Assembly: GCA_965207065.1 (NCBI GenBank)
Contig: OZ242260.1
Span: 1,184,001 to 1,248,000, forward strand
DNA from: a bacterium
GTDB lineage: Bacteria > UBA8248
Direction of reading: 5' to 3'
DNA: 64,000 nucleotides
Made by a program: the position numbers and the translations under genes. The notes under the pieces are model-generated. The model had not been told where the DNA came from and did no database searches. It was given only the letters and a program-made list of their open reading frames with translations. Shown here in pieces: positions 27,679 through 37,067 of this stretch; position 1 is the stretch's first letter, and the number at the start of each line of letters is the position of its first letter.

Positions 27679-28635
27679 CTAGGAAGCCGCCGCCGCGGCC
27701 TTCTTGGCCTCTTCCTGGGCTTCGAGATATTTCTCGGCCGCCACCGCCGCCGTCGTCGCGTCGCCCGACGCGTTGGTGATCTGGCGGATCAGCTGGCTCC
27801 TGCAGTCACCGGCCACGAACAGGCCCGGAACGTTCGTCTCCATGTTCTGGTCCGTCAAGATGAAGCCTGCGTCGTCTTTATCCACATGATCTTTTATCAA
27901 ATCCGTGTTCGGAATAAAACCGATGAAGACGAACAGGCCCGTGGCGTCGATCTCCTGCGTCTCGTCCGTCTTGACGTTCCTGATGCGCAGCTTCTTCATC
28001 TCCCGGTCGTCGCCCACCACTTCTTCGGGTACGAAATCGGTGATGATCTCCACTTTCGGGTTCTCGCGTATCTTGTCCACCAGGACCGCATGGGCGCGGA
28101 ACTGGTCGCGGCGATGGATGATGTAGACCTTCGTGCCGAACTTCGTGAGGAACTGCCCCTCTTCCACGGCGCTGTTCCCGCCGCCGATTACGGTGATGAC
28201 CTCATCCTGGAAGAACGCGCCGTCGCACAGCGCGCAGTAGCTCACGCCCTTGCCGGCGTATTTCTCCTCGCCCGGAATGCCGAGTTTTTTCGGATAGCCG
28301 CCGGGGGTGTAGATCACCGCTCCGCAGCGGCGCACACCCATGTCGGTCGTAACGAGGAAATCATCCCCGTCCTTTTTCACCTCGGTGACTTCTTCCATCT
28401 CGATCTTGAGGCCGAATTTCATGGCGTGATCGGCGAACTTGGCCGCCAGCTCCTGGCCGCCGACCAGTTCGAAGCCCGGATAGTCTTCTACGTGCTCGGT
28501 GTTGAGAATCTCGCCGCCCGGGGCGAGCTTTTCATAGCAGACCACGTTCAGCTTCGAACGCGCCGTATACAGCCCCGCCGTCAGACCGGCCGGTCCCGCC
28601 CCGATGATGATGATTTCGAAATCACGCTCAGCCAC
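27679..28635 (-). CDS. trxB: Thioredoxin-disulfide reductase
   Basis: IGAGPAGL, GVSYCALCDG, VIGGGNSAVEE, HRRDQFRA, GLFVAGD. Confidence 0.95.
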   Translation of the reverse strand: MAERDFEIIIIGAGPAGLTAGLYTARSKLNVVCYEKLAPGGEILNTEHVEDYPGFELVGGQELAAKFADHAMKFGLKIEMEEVTEVKKDGDDFLVTTDMGVRRCGAVIYTPGGYPKKLGIPGEEKYAGKGVSYCALCDGAFFQDEVITVIGGGNSAVEEGQFLTKFGTKVYIIHRRDQFRAHAVLVDKIRENPKVEIITDFVPEEVVGDDREMKKLRIRNVKTDETQEIDATGLFVFIGFIPNTDLIKDHVDKDDAGFILTDQNMETNVPGLFVAGDCRSQLIRQITNASGDATTAAVAAEKYLEAQEEAKKAAAAAS

Positions 28636-28710
28636 TACGTATCTCCAGAACTAAGGAAAGGCGACGAAAAGAAGTGATACCGATTGATCATGCCCCAAAA
28701 AACCGCGCCG

Positions 28711-28739
28711 ATTCTAGCACCCGCCCCATACCATGCCAA
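28711..28739 (-). promoter_or_regulatory. Sigma70-type promoter for trxB
   Basis: TTGGCA-N17-TAGAAT with extended -10 TGn on the minus strand. Confidence 0.6.
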
Positions 28740-28765
28740 GCCCCCGAGGGGTTTGTCGATAGCCC

Positions 28766-29065
28766 CTATTCCACTGGGGCGAGAACGAAAGCACCGAATT
28801 CCTTCTCCAGGCGAAGCCTTTTTCCGTCGTGCACCACGACGGCGCCGGCGGGGGTATCCTCATCCACCGGGATGCGCACGCCGCAAACAGGGCATGAGAC
28901 CATCTGCACGATACTGAGCGCCTCCGCCCCCTCCGCCCGGCCCAGGCGGAACCTGACCCCCGCTCAGTTCCCGCAATCGATCAGGTCTCGAACCTTCGCG
29001 TCCCACGGGACGGGTATGCGTTGCCCTCAGCCGGGGCAGGGAAGCGTCTTTCGCCTACCGCTCAT
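28766..29065 (-). CDS. Putative double-selenocysteine zinc-ribbon protein (CxxU...CxxU, then CxxC), 99 aa, LysW-like spacing
   Basis: MSGRRKTLPCPGUGQRIPVPWDAKVRDLIDCGNUAGVRFRL...MVSCPVCGVRIPV...LAPVE*; TGA at 29027-29 and 28964-66, each followed by a hairpin; ATG overlaps the upstream stop. Confidence 0.8.
28932..28950 (-). promoter_or_regulatory. SECIS-like hairpin for Sec34
   Basis: TCCGCCTG-GGC-CGGGCGGA; loop starts 21 nt after TGA and begins with G. Confidence 0.65.
28999..29012 (-). promoter_or_regulatory. SECIS-like hairpin for Sec13
   Basis: CGTCC-CGTG-GGACG; loop starts 19 nt after TGA. Confidence 0.6.
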
Positions 29066-29307
29066 GCGGCGAGCCCCAAAAGCGCCTGGAGTTTCGCCCT
29101 GTCGAAGCCGACCACCTTCTCCTCGCCGATGAATATGACGGGCGTGGCCCGCATCTCCGCCCGCTGGAAGAGTTCCTCCAGGGCTTCTTCGTCCTGATCG
29201 ACGAGTTTTTCCGTGTACGCCACGCCATGATGGGAAAGAAACTCTTTCACCGCCTTGCACGGCGCTCAGAACGTGGATGAATAGACCGTCACTTCCTTAT
29301 CGGACAT
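29062..29307 (-). CDS. Selenocysteine-containing glutaredoxin/NrdH-like protein (UxxC), 81 aa
   Basis: MSDKEVTVYSSTFUAPCKAVKEFLSHHGV...RATPVIFIG..VVGFD; TGA at 29266-68 is codon 14; AGGGAG RBS. Confidence 0.9.
29223..29264 (-). promoter_or_regulatory. SECIS-like hairpin for glutaredoxin Sec14
   Basis: Lower stem CGCCGTG/CATGGCG, upper stem GAAAGA-GTT-TCTTTC; loop 23 nt after TGA. Confidence 0.75.
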
Positions 29308-29392
29308 CTCAAGTCTCCCTTGAAGCCGGTGTGCGCCGCCCGGGCTTCTGGGCGCGCTTCATTATCAATATCGTTCCCGGGAGTGTTTTGCG

Positions 29393-30763
29393 CTACTTCG
29401 GCGTGTTCACTCTTTCGAGCAGGGCGGCCAGCTCCTTGATGCGTATCGAATCGAGTCTCGATACAGCGTCCACGATCTCCGCGCGCAAAGAGGCGTCCGT
29501 GCGGGCCTCGCTCAATGCCTCGAACTTCTCGTTCACCGTCGCCCAGCTCATCGGGGTGGAGAAATGCCCCTCCCAGGTGGGCTTGTCCAGCTTGTGGACG
29601 GTCCCGTCCTTGAGCGTGATGGTAATGAGCACGGGAGATTGCGCGGGATACCTGGCCGTCATCTCATCGGAATTGGTCGTGCGTACCTTCTTGAGAAGCG
29701 TCTGCACGTCGTCCGCGCGGATTCTCGCTTCCTCGTACTGGGCGGGAAGCACCTGCTCGTCGATGATGGCCGCCGAGAGCACGTAAGGAAGGCTGTGGTC
29801 CGCCGTCTCCTTGTTCAGCACGTGCTCGCGCGCGCCCGCCTTGCCCTCGCCCATGATGAAATAGGCGCGCTCGTAGATACCGATTTCGACGTCCTCGATG
29901 TCCTCGGGACTGAATCCGTGTTCTCGCTTCATGTCGATGACGCCCTCGATGGCCGTCTGGGAGTGCAGGCCCGCGTTGTAGCGCTTCACGCTGATCTCGA
30001 GCATCTTGCTCAAGGAAGTGTCCGACCAGTCGACATCGAACTCGCCCGTCACGGACTCGAAAACGCCCAGGGGACCCTCTATCAACTTGAGTTGCCCCGT
30101 CACCCCGCGCATGGCGAGAAACGTCGAGTGCACCCCGGTGTGGCAGCCCGCCGCATAGGCGAAGCCCTTCCAGTGGGAGAGTTCGCCCGTGCGCGTGATG
30201 AGCAGGGGGTTCTGCCTCACACCGCTGATCGCAATGGCGTTGGCCGTCTTCTCCGCATCCAGCCCCAGGGCGCGCGAGGCGCCCGCCGCCACGGCGTAGG
30301 CGCCCGCCATGGGCTGGTCGAAGCCTCTTTTCTCATAAGGCGCGCTGTCGCAAAGGCGGCACTGCACCTCATACGAAAGCGCAAGCGCCGTCATGAACTC
30401 CGCGCCGCTCGCGTCGGCGTATTCGGCCGCCGCCATCACGGCGCCCGTGTTGTCGCTCGGGTGCGAGGTGGCGAGCTTCCCCATGAAGCCGTCGTTGAAA
30501 TCAAGATAGCGGATGAGCGAGGTATTATAGAACGCCGCGGCGTCGGGTGCGCTCTTGCCGCCGCCGATGAGCGTGCAATGCGGCGCGCCGCCGAAATCAT
30601 CCGCCTGCTCGCGCAGGTAGCGGACGGGGCCTTCGCCCAGCGAGCCGATGGCGCAGCCGATGGTGTCGACCATGAGGGTCTTCATCTGCGTGCGCATCTC
30701 TTCGGAGAGGTCATCGAAACTGCTGTTCGCGGCGAACGCCGCAATCTGTTCCACAATCGTCAT
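29393..30763 (-). CDS. MmgE/PrpD family protein
   Basis: RYLDFND, SHPSDN, GELSHWKG, KETADHSLPY. Confidence 0.92.
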   Translation of the reverse strand: MTIVEQIAAFAANSSFDDLSEEMRTQMKTLMVDTIGCAIGSLGEGPVRYLREQADDFGGAPHCTLIGGGKSAPDAAAFYNTSLIRYLDFNDGFMGKLATSHPSDNTGAVMAAAEYADASGAEFMTALALSYEVQCRLCDSAPYEKRGFDQPMAGAYAVAAGASRALGLDAEKTANAIAISGVRQNPLLITRTGELSHWKGFAYAAGCHTGVHSTFLAMRGVTGQLKLIEGPLGVFESVTGEFDVDWSDTSLSKMLEISVKRYNAGLHSQTAIEGVIDMKREHGFSPEDIEDVEIGIYERAYFIMGEGKAGAREHVLNKETADHSLPYVLSAAIIDEQVLPAQYEEARIRADDVQTLLKKVRTTNSDEMTARYPAQSPVLITITLKDGTVHKLDKPTWEGHFSTPMSWATVNEKFEALSEARTDASLRAEIVDAVSRLDSIRIKELAALLERVNTPK

Positions 30764-30849
30764 GTTGTCTTCCTTCTTCAAACCGGTTTTTAGAGGGGAA
30801 TTCTCATCGACCGTCCCGCCCGGTATCCCCGATCAGAGATGCGCGCGGG

Positions 30850-31857
30850 CTAGCCGCCGTTCAGCTTTCTGTATGCTTTCTGCATGATGAGCGCGTCGTA
30901 TTCGAGCGCCGGAGACTCGCACACCACCCGGCCTTCGGCGCCGAAATCGATGAGCGCGCGGAACAAGTCCTTGTAATTCATGTCCGACTCGTCGAGTTCT
31001 AAGTGATGCGCCTCGCCCTTGTCCGAATACGCGATGCCCGAGAGGTGGATGTGTAAGGTTTTGAGAACGTCGTCGCCCATCCTGTTCTTCAAAAGCTCCA
31101 GTTGCGCGCCGAACTCGTCATACGTGTTGTGCGCGCCCGCCGAGCGCGCGTGAATGTGCGCGAAGTCTATCGTGAAGCCGACGTTCTTGCCTTTTAGATC
31201 GCCGCCCATATCGGCGATTTCCTCGATCGAGCCGAACTGCGTGCCCTTGCCCGTCGTTTCCGGATCCAGGCGTACCGGACAGCCCTCCTCCTCCAGGATG
31301 TCGGCGAGCTCTCCTATCTGGTTGCAGATGAAGTCGTAGACCTCTTTCGGGTCACGCTTCTGGTAGAACCCGGGGTGAAAGCACGCGCCGTCGCCCCCGC
31401 ACTTCGCCAGGGCGCGCGCGGTGTCGAGCACGCGCTTTCTACTCGCCGCCACCTTTTCATCTTCCAGCGAATAGAGGTTCACGTAATAGGGCCCGTGCGC
31501 GGTGATGTGAACGCCCGTCTCGGCCTGGGCGGCCATCACCTCATCGCAGGTCTCCTCCCTGATGCGCACGCCGTGGACGAATTCCATCTCGTATACGCCC
31601 AGGCCCAGCTCGTGAAGCCTGCGCACCGCCGCCGGATGGGTCTGCGGCTTGGCCGAATGCGGGACCCCGCCCGTGCCGAAGAATATCCTGTCCGCCTTCT
31701 TGGGCTTCGCGTTCACGCTCAAGGGGCCGTCATAGGTTCTGCCCTTCGGCTTTTCCTTTGGAACCCCCGGCGCCCAGCCGCGCACGTCAGCTTTTGGTTT
31801 TGGCTTCGCCGCTTTTTTCCTGGCTGCTTTCGGAGCCGCTTTTTTCTTTTCCGGCAC
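30850..31857 (-). CDS. Endonuclease IV-like (AP endonuclease family 2) TIM barrel with Lys/Ala-rich N-terminal tail
   Basis: EMEFVHGV, TAHGPYYVNL, FHPGFY, PETTGK..QFG, DFAHIHAR, HIHLSGI, CESP.LE.DA. Confidence 0.85.
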   Translation of the reverse strand: MPEKKKAAPKAARKKAAKPKPKADVRGWAPGVPKEKPKGRTYDGPLSVNAKPKKADRIFFGTGGVPHSAKPQTHPAAVRRLHELGLGVYEMEFVHGVRIREETCDEVMAAQAETGVHITAHGPYYVNLYSLEDEKVAASRKRVLDTARALAKCGGDGACFHPGFYQKRDPKEVYDFICNQIGELADILEEEGCPVRLDPETTGKGTQFGSIEEIADMGGDLKGKNVGFTIDFAHIHARSAGAHNTYDEFGAQLELLKNRMGDDVLKTLHIHLSGIAYSDKGEAHHLELDESDMNYKDLFRALIDFGAEGRVVCESPALEYDALIMQKAYRKLNGG

Positions 31858-31980
31858 GCTCGTCCTCAGAAGATGTATCGCGCAAAGGCGCTGTTTTTTT
31901 GTCGGAACGCTCTTTCAGGCGGTCGATGGCCCACTCTAGCAGATATGCGCGCATGCTGCGAGAATCCTCCCCTTCAGAAT

Positions 31981-32607
31981 TTATGCGGCGGGCGCGTCGC
32001 GGGGCGGCTCGCTCAGCCACTCGGCCATCTGGGCGAGAATCTCCCGCTTGCCGAGCCCCGTGTTCGCGCTGCAGAGAATCGGGCCGGACCAGTGACCGTA
32101 CAATCCGCCGCCGTCCACCATGGTTTTCACGAGCGCGTCCAGAACGCCTTTGCGCTCGTTTTGCTTCAGCTTGTCCGCCTTCGTGAGCGCCAGACAGGCC
32201 GGCAGGTTCACCGCCGCGAGCCATTCGAGCAGGTGCAGGTCCATCTCCCGCGCGCCCCGGCGCGAATCGATGAGCACCACCACGCCCTGGAGCGTCTCGC
32301 GGTGTTCGAGATAAGTCTCGATCATGGGCCGCCAGCGGGCCCTCTCGGCAAGCGGCACCTTCGCGTAGCCGTAGCCCGGCAAATCCACGAGGTTGAAGCG
32401 ATCATCCACAGCAAAAAAATTGACGAGCTGCGTCTTGCCCGGCGTAGCGCTCGTCTTGGCCAGGTTCTTGCGGTTGGTCAGGGAATTGATGAGCGAGGAT
32501 TTGCCCACGTTGCTCCTGCCTGCGAAGGCGACCTCGGGCAACGCCGCCCTCGGCCAGCCACCACGATCGGCGGCGCTTGTGATGAATCGCGCGTTTTGTA
32601 TTTTCAT
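31981..32607 (-). CDS. engB: Ribosome biogenesis GTPase YihA/EngB
   Basis: GRSNVGKSS, PGKT, DLPGYG, TKADK. Confidence 0.95.
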   Translation of the reverse strand: MKIQNARFITSAADRGGWPRAALPEVAFAGRSNVGKSSLINSLTNRKNLAKTSATPGKTQLVNFFAVDDRFNLVDLPGYGYAKVPLAERARWRPMIETYLEHRETLQGVVVLIDSRRGAREMDLHLLEWLAAVNLPACLALTKADKLKQNERKGVLDALVKTMVDGGGLYGHWSGPILCSANTGLGKREILAQMAEWLSEPPRDAPAA

Positions 32608-32617
32608 GCCGCAAGCG

Positions 32618-33931
32618 TCAGGAGGAATCCCCTGCCGGGGGAGCGTATGCGTGAACGACGAGACCCGTGCGTATCTTGGGATAAAAATAGGTGGACTTGT
32701 GCGGCATCTTCCCGCCCGCCTTGGCGATCTCGCATACCGACTCGAGGGGCGTGGGATTCAGCAAGACGGCCACCGCGCACTCCCCGCTCCTTGCGCAGGA
32801 GAGCGCCAGTTCCGGGTCGGGCGTGAAGGCGATGTCCCCTTCCTCGTGAGAGGCCTGGAATGCGCCGTCCACGATGTCCGCATGGAGACGGCTCACATCG
32901 AGCGCGGCGACGGCTTCTTCCACCGATGCGGTTGCCGCGTCATGCCTGCCAATCAGATAGCGGACGTTCGCGCCGCCGTCATAGACACAAAACACGCTCG
33001 CCCCGCCGTTCGCTCCGGATAACGCCGACAGCCGCTCCGCTACCCGGCCGCAGGCGCCGGCCTCGGGCGCCGCCTCTTCCAGGACATCGTATTTCCCGGC
33101 CAGCGCGGCGAGCGCTTCTCCGGTCGTAGCGGTTACCTTCTTGAGAAGCCGGTAGGTGGGGAGAATCACCATGCCCGGGTCCGCGATGTTGGCCAGGCAC
33201 ATGAGCGTGTAGTCCGCCTCACCCCCTAATGGGGCGCCATTCGCACGGGCAGCGTCTCTCAAGTCCAGGGACGTCTCATAGCGGTGGTGGCCGTCAGCGA
33301 TGAACGCCTCCCTGTCCCTTAGCGATTCCTGCGCGATTGCGATGACTTCCGGGTCGTCGCACCGCCACAGGGTATGTCGCACGCCGTCGTCCTCGAAGTC
33401 GGCGATGGGAGCGCCCTTCTCCGCATTCTTTAAGGCGTTGTTCGCCGTTTCCCGGGGCTCGTCGTAAAAGCTGAAAATCGGTCCGAGATGCGCGCCGCTT
33501 CTCCCCCACAGATCAAACAGATAACCCTTGGGCTTGGGGAAGGTCTGCTCGTGGGGATGGATTTCGCCCGCGCCGTAGGGTTCGAGCTTCACCGCCGCGA
33601 AAAACGCGTTTCTCTCCAGGCGCGTTCCGTCGGGCAGCGCGAAGCGCTGGCGGTAGGGGTAGAGCGCGGGCGTTTCGTCCAGGGTCATCTCCCCGCTCGC
33701 GCGCCAGTTCTTGAGATAATCGACCGCGCGCCCCACGCGGCCCGCGTCCCCGTCTTCACCCTCCAGTATCTCGCCCTGAATCAGCCGCACGATGTTCAGG
33801 GGGTGGCGTTCATAAAACGAACGCCTGATCTCGGACGTAAAAACGTCATAAGGCGGGGAGGAGACCTCTCCCATTTCTTCCGGTGCGATATTCGAATACC
33901 TCAGCGCGCGAAACGCCCGAACCTGAACCAC
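32618..33931 (-). CDS. DUF1015 family protein
   Basis: SPPYDV, IHPHEQT, IADGHHRYET, MPHKSTYFYPK. Confidence 0.92.
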   Translation of the reverse strand: MVQVRAFRALRYSNIAPEEMGEVSSPPYDVFTSEIRRSFYERHPLNIVRLIQGEILEGEDGDAGRVGRAVDYLKNWRASGEMTLDETPALYPYRQRFALPDGTRLERNAFFAAVKLEPYGAGEIHPHEQTFPKPKGYLFDLWGRSGAHLGPIFSFYDEPRETANNALKNAEKGAPIADFEDDGVRHTLWRCDDPEVIAIAQESLRDREAFIADGHHRYETSLDLRDAARANGAPLGGEADYTLMCLANIADPGMVILPTYRLLKKVTATTGEALAALAGKYDVLEEAAPEAGACGRVAERLSALSGANGGASVFCVYDGGANVRYLIGRHDAATASVEEAVAALDVSRLHADIVDGAFQASHEEGDIAFTPDPELALSCARSGECAVAVLLNPTPLESVCEIAKAGGKMPHKSTYFYPKIRTGLVVHAYAPPAGDSS

Positions 33932-34163
33932 GAAAAACCCCTTTCCAGAATACGATACATAATGATGAGAACAGCGGCGAGGGGATATTAAGGTCGCGCA
34001 TCGAGCCTGTCAAAACATATCGGGAACATGAAGCGTTCTGTGATGCGCCGCACGCGTTCGGGCGTTTCAGGCAAGCGGGTTGACCCCGGTGGATGGGTGC
34101 ACTAGTTTCCTCATCATTACCCACAGGGGCGGAAACTGAAATCGTGAACGAGGAACATCAGGG

Positions 34164-35114
34164 ATGAAAACGAAATTCGGCATCAGCTTCGGCATGCACC
34201 CCGAACGCATCTTTACGCCCGAGGAATCGTATGCGTTCGTAGAGTCCGCCGAATCCCTGGGCTACGATTCCCTGTGGATAGGCGATCACATCTCCTTTTA
34301 CGGCCACTACACCGAGAGCCTCACCACGCTGGCCGCCTTCGCGGCGCGCACCAGCCGCATCACGCTGGGGGTGGGGGTCTACCTCCTGCCGCTGAGACGT
34401 CCCGCCATCGCCGCCAAGACGGCCGCCACGGTGGATTACCTCACGGGCGGGGGACGCTTCGTCTTCGGCGTCGGCGTGGGAGGCGAAGGAAAAACCGAGT
34501 TCGAGCTTTGCGGCGTGCCCGTCAAAGAACGCGGCGCGCGGACGGATGAGTCCATCGAAATCGTGCGAAAACTCTGGAGCGGCGATAAGGTGAGTCACGA
34601 GGGACGCTTCTGGAACTTTACGGACGCACGCCAGACGCCGGCCCCGGCCACGCCGGGGGGGCCGCCCATCTGGGTGGGCGGACGCAGCGACGCCGCCCGG
34701 AAAAGAGCGGCGCTCAGATGCGAGGGCTACGTCTCCTATATGTTTTCTGCTCCGCGCTTCGCCAGGGGACTGGAGGACATGAGGCAATGGGCGGAGGAAG
34801 CGGGTAGGACGCTGGACATCGAAGGGGGCGCGTGGACGCCGGCGCACCACGCGTTCATCTACGTCCACGAGGATGAGGAACGCGCCCTGCGCGAGGGCAT
34901 CAGGAATCTCTCCAGGCGCTACAACATGGATTTTGACGGCATCGCCCAAAAGTATTTATTCTATGGGCCGCGCGAGCGGTGCCTGGAGCAGATAGCGGCG
35001 TTCCAGGAGGCGGGCGCAACGCACTTCATCTTCAAGCACGCGGGTCCGGCGGATGAGGAGATGGACCAGATGGCGCTTCTGGCGGAAGAGGTGATACCCG
35101 AGGTGAGAAATTGA
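34164..35114 (+). CDS. LLM-class flavin-dependent oxidoreductase
   Basis: GYDSLWIGDH, AARTSRITLG, GGRFVFGVGVG, PPIWVGG. Confidence 0.92.
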   Translation: MKTKFGISFGMHPERIFTPEESYAFVESAESLGYDSLWIGDHISFYGHYTESLTTLAAFAARTSRITLGVGVYLLPLRRPAIAAKTAATVDYLTGGGRFVFGVGVGGEGKTEFELCGVPVKERGARTDESIEIVRKLWSGDKVSHEGRFWNFTDARQTPAPATPGGPPIWVGGRSDAARKRAALRCEGYVSYMFSAPRFARGLEDMRQWAEEAGRTLDIEGGAWTPAHHAFIYVHEDEERALREGIRNLSRRYNMDFDGIAQKYLFYGPRERCLEQIAAFQEAGATHFIFKHAGPADEEMDQMALLAEEVIPEVRN

Positions 35115-35479
35115 GCGAGACGAAAAAAGCAGGCCTCAAATGGCCCGTCTGCACCGTCCTCATCCTCGCGCTACTGGGCGGGATGATCTACTGGGGCTAC
35201 ACGGCGTTCCAGGCCGAACAAGCCATTATCCAGGCGAAAACGGCCCCGCCCGCGCAAACGACGGGGGGCGCGGCGACCGTTGCGGGGACCCAGCCCGTCG
35301 CCTACCGCTCCGCGCTGCCACTGTATTTTCTGGTGGGTTTCGCCCTCGTCATGACGGCCATCATGGGCAGCATCATCTACTTCTGGTGGTCGCTCAAGGA
35401 CTGGGAAGGCGGCAAGCGCTACGGTGACGAGGAAGCGGAAGCCCCGGCCCCCGATTCGGATAAGGTATCCGCTCCTTAG
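35111..35479 (+). CDS. Hypothetical two-TM membrane protein
   Basis: Two hydrophobic helices; start overlaps the LLM stop. Confidence 0.65.
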   Translation: MSETKKAGLKWPVCTVLILALLGGMIYWGYTAFQAEQAIIQAKTAPPAQTTGGAATVAGTQPVAYRSALPLYFLVGFALVMTAIMGSIIYFWWSLKDWEGGKRYGDEEAEAPAPDSDKVSAP

Positions 35480-35492
35480 GATATTCCAGGGT

Positions 35493-36626
35493 TTACGCCT
35501 GTTCGATGGCGGAGAGGAACCACGTGTTCGGCCCCTCGGGCCGCACCCATGTCCAGTGCTCCGAGAAATTCACCCGCTCCGTGCGGCTGCCTTCGACGAT
35601 ATTCCCGCTTCGCTCTTCCACCACGTAATCGCAAAGACTCGCCTCGTAGCGCACGGCGATAAAATCATAACCCTCTTCGTTCCAGGCCTCGACAATCTCG
35701 GCGCTTTTGATGTCCACGTCGTCGAGCTTGTTGATCTTGCCCTCGCTCTTCAAGCCCTCGATGTCGCGCTGGACCTCGCCGTAAATCTCCTTGTCCATGA
35801 GATCGCGGACAGGAGAAAGATCGCGCGCCGTCCAGGCGTTCTGGAAGCGGATGAAGTTCTCCTTCGCCAGGCCGACGAAGGCCTGCTCGGAAAAGGATGC
35901 GTCACTCTCGGCCATTTTCCGCAAAGCCGCATCGCTCGCGGAATCACGGTGGGTGGCCCGTTCCCCGGGGGCCGGGCCACCGCTCGAACCTCTTGCCGAA
36001 CGGGTCGACCCGCCGGCCGAACCGATATCCGGGCCGCGGTATACGCCGCCTGACCTCTCCTGCCTGCGGGGTTCTTCGTACCTGTCGTGCGGCTCCTCCT
36101 CATATCCCCCCACGCCGTAGGGGTCGGCCTCGGCGTAGCGCTCTCCCGAATAGCGCGGCTCCTGGGAAGCGGCGGCGGTGCGGTTTCTCATCATCCGGAA
36201 GATGAAGAAGATGATGCCGCCGATGAGGAGAATTTCCAGAATTCCGAATCCGCCCCCCATTCCCATACCGCCCATCCCGCCGAAGAGCATGCGTCCAATC
36301 ATGCCGCCCAGCAGAAACCCGCCGATGCCGGCGAACAGGCCCGAGCCTAAGCCCCCGCCCAGGAACGAGGACCTCCGGAGCGGTCTGCGCGAGAAGCTGC
36401 GCGCCCGGGGGCGCGAGCCGAACGAGCGCCTCGAGAAGCCCCTGCGCCCGAAGCTGCCGAACCCGCGCGAGCCGCGGAACCCGAAGGATCGGAAACCGCC
36501 GAAGCGCCTCGCCTCGGCATCCTGGGTCATGAAAACCAGACCATCCGTGGTGCGCGTGGGCGCGCCCAGGTGCGCGGGGGCCAAGAACAACAACGCGAAC
36601 AACAAGGCGATGAGAAAAGACTTCAT
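35493..36626 (-). CDS. Tim44 domain-containing membrane protein
   Basis: AEARRFGG Gly/Arg-rich N-terminus, GG.LLGGM, F..FQNAW, FSEHWTW, WFLSAIEQ. Confidence 0.88.
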   Translation of the reverse strand: MKSFLIALLFALLFLAPAHLGAPTRTTDGLVFMTQDAEARRFGGFRSFGFRGSRGFGSFGRRGFSRRSFGSRPRARSFSRRPLRRSSFLGGGLGSGLFAGIGGFLLGGMIGRMLFGGMGGMGMGGGFGILEILLIGGIIFFIFRMMRNRTAAASQEPRYSGERYAEADPYGVGGYEEEPHDRYEEPRRQERSGGVYRGPDIGSAGGSTRSARGSSGGPAPGERATHRDSASDAALRKMAESDASFSEQAFVGLAKENFIRFQNAWTARDLSPVRDLMDKEIYGEVQRDIEGLKSEGKINKLDDVDIKSAEIVEAWNEEGYDFIAVRYEASLCDYVVEERSGNIVEGSRTERVNFSEHWTWVRPEGPNTWFLSAIEQA

Positions 36627-37067
36627 GCGAAACCTCCGAATGCGGCAAAGCCCGAAAAGAAAAAGGGCCGTTCCAGGAATCTGGATTATCCCAACATGGG
36701 AGAGATAAGTCCACGCAAAAAGGAAGTTTCGCCTCAGCGAGCCACTTATCCCTTGGCTCGAAAACACCCCCCCTCGCCCTCTCCTCCCCGTCATGCGAAG
36801 CCCACCGCCGCACCAGCGGGGTCAAACCCTCCCTCGTCGGGCTTTTTCAACAACCCCGTATGCGGACCCTGCAAGAAAGAAGACAACCCTGCCCGGTCGG
36901 GATCGATATCCCGCAGAACGGCCAGTCGGCATGGGGCGTGAATCCCCTGAAATCGTTGCTGGCGCATCCGCGCTTTGCTACCATCGGGGCGTCCCGCGAA
37001 ACGCATTTCGTGAAACTGTCCGGGGCCTTGAAGCGCCGGCCCCTAATCTTAAGGAAGCGCCGATTCC

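Noticed and set aside
29027-29260. Tracked 77-aa ORF 29027-29260(-) and 62-aa ORF 29062-29250(-)
   Set aside because: They are mis-started or truncated pieces of the two selenoprotein frames.
28766-29307. Pseudogene interpretation of the three in-frame TGAs
   Set aside because: All three fall on CxxC cysteine positions and have hairpins at SECIS distance, with otherwise intact, coupled ORFs. Random decay is much less likely, though not excluded without selABCD evidence.
31375-32826. Long antisense ORFs (this one, also 3217-4320, 19773-21056, 46681-48069 and others)
   Set aside because: Shadow frames of well-supported genes in GC-rich DNA, with no recognisable motifs.
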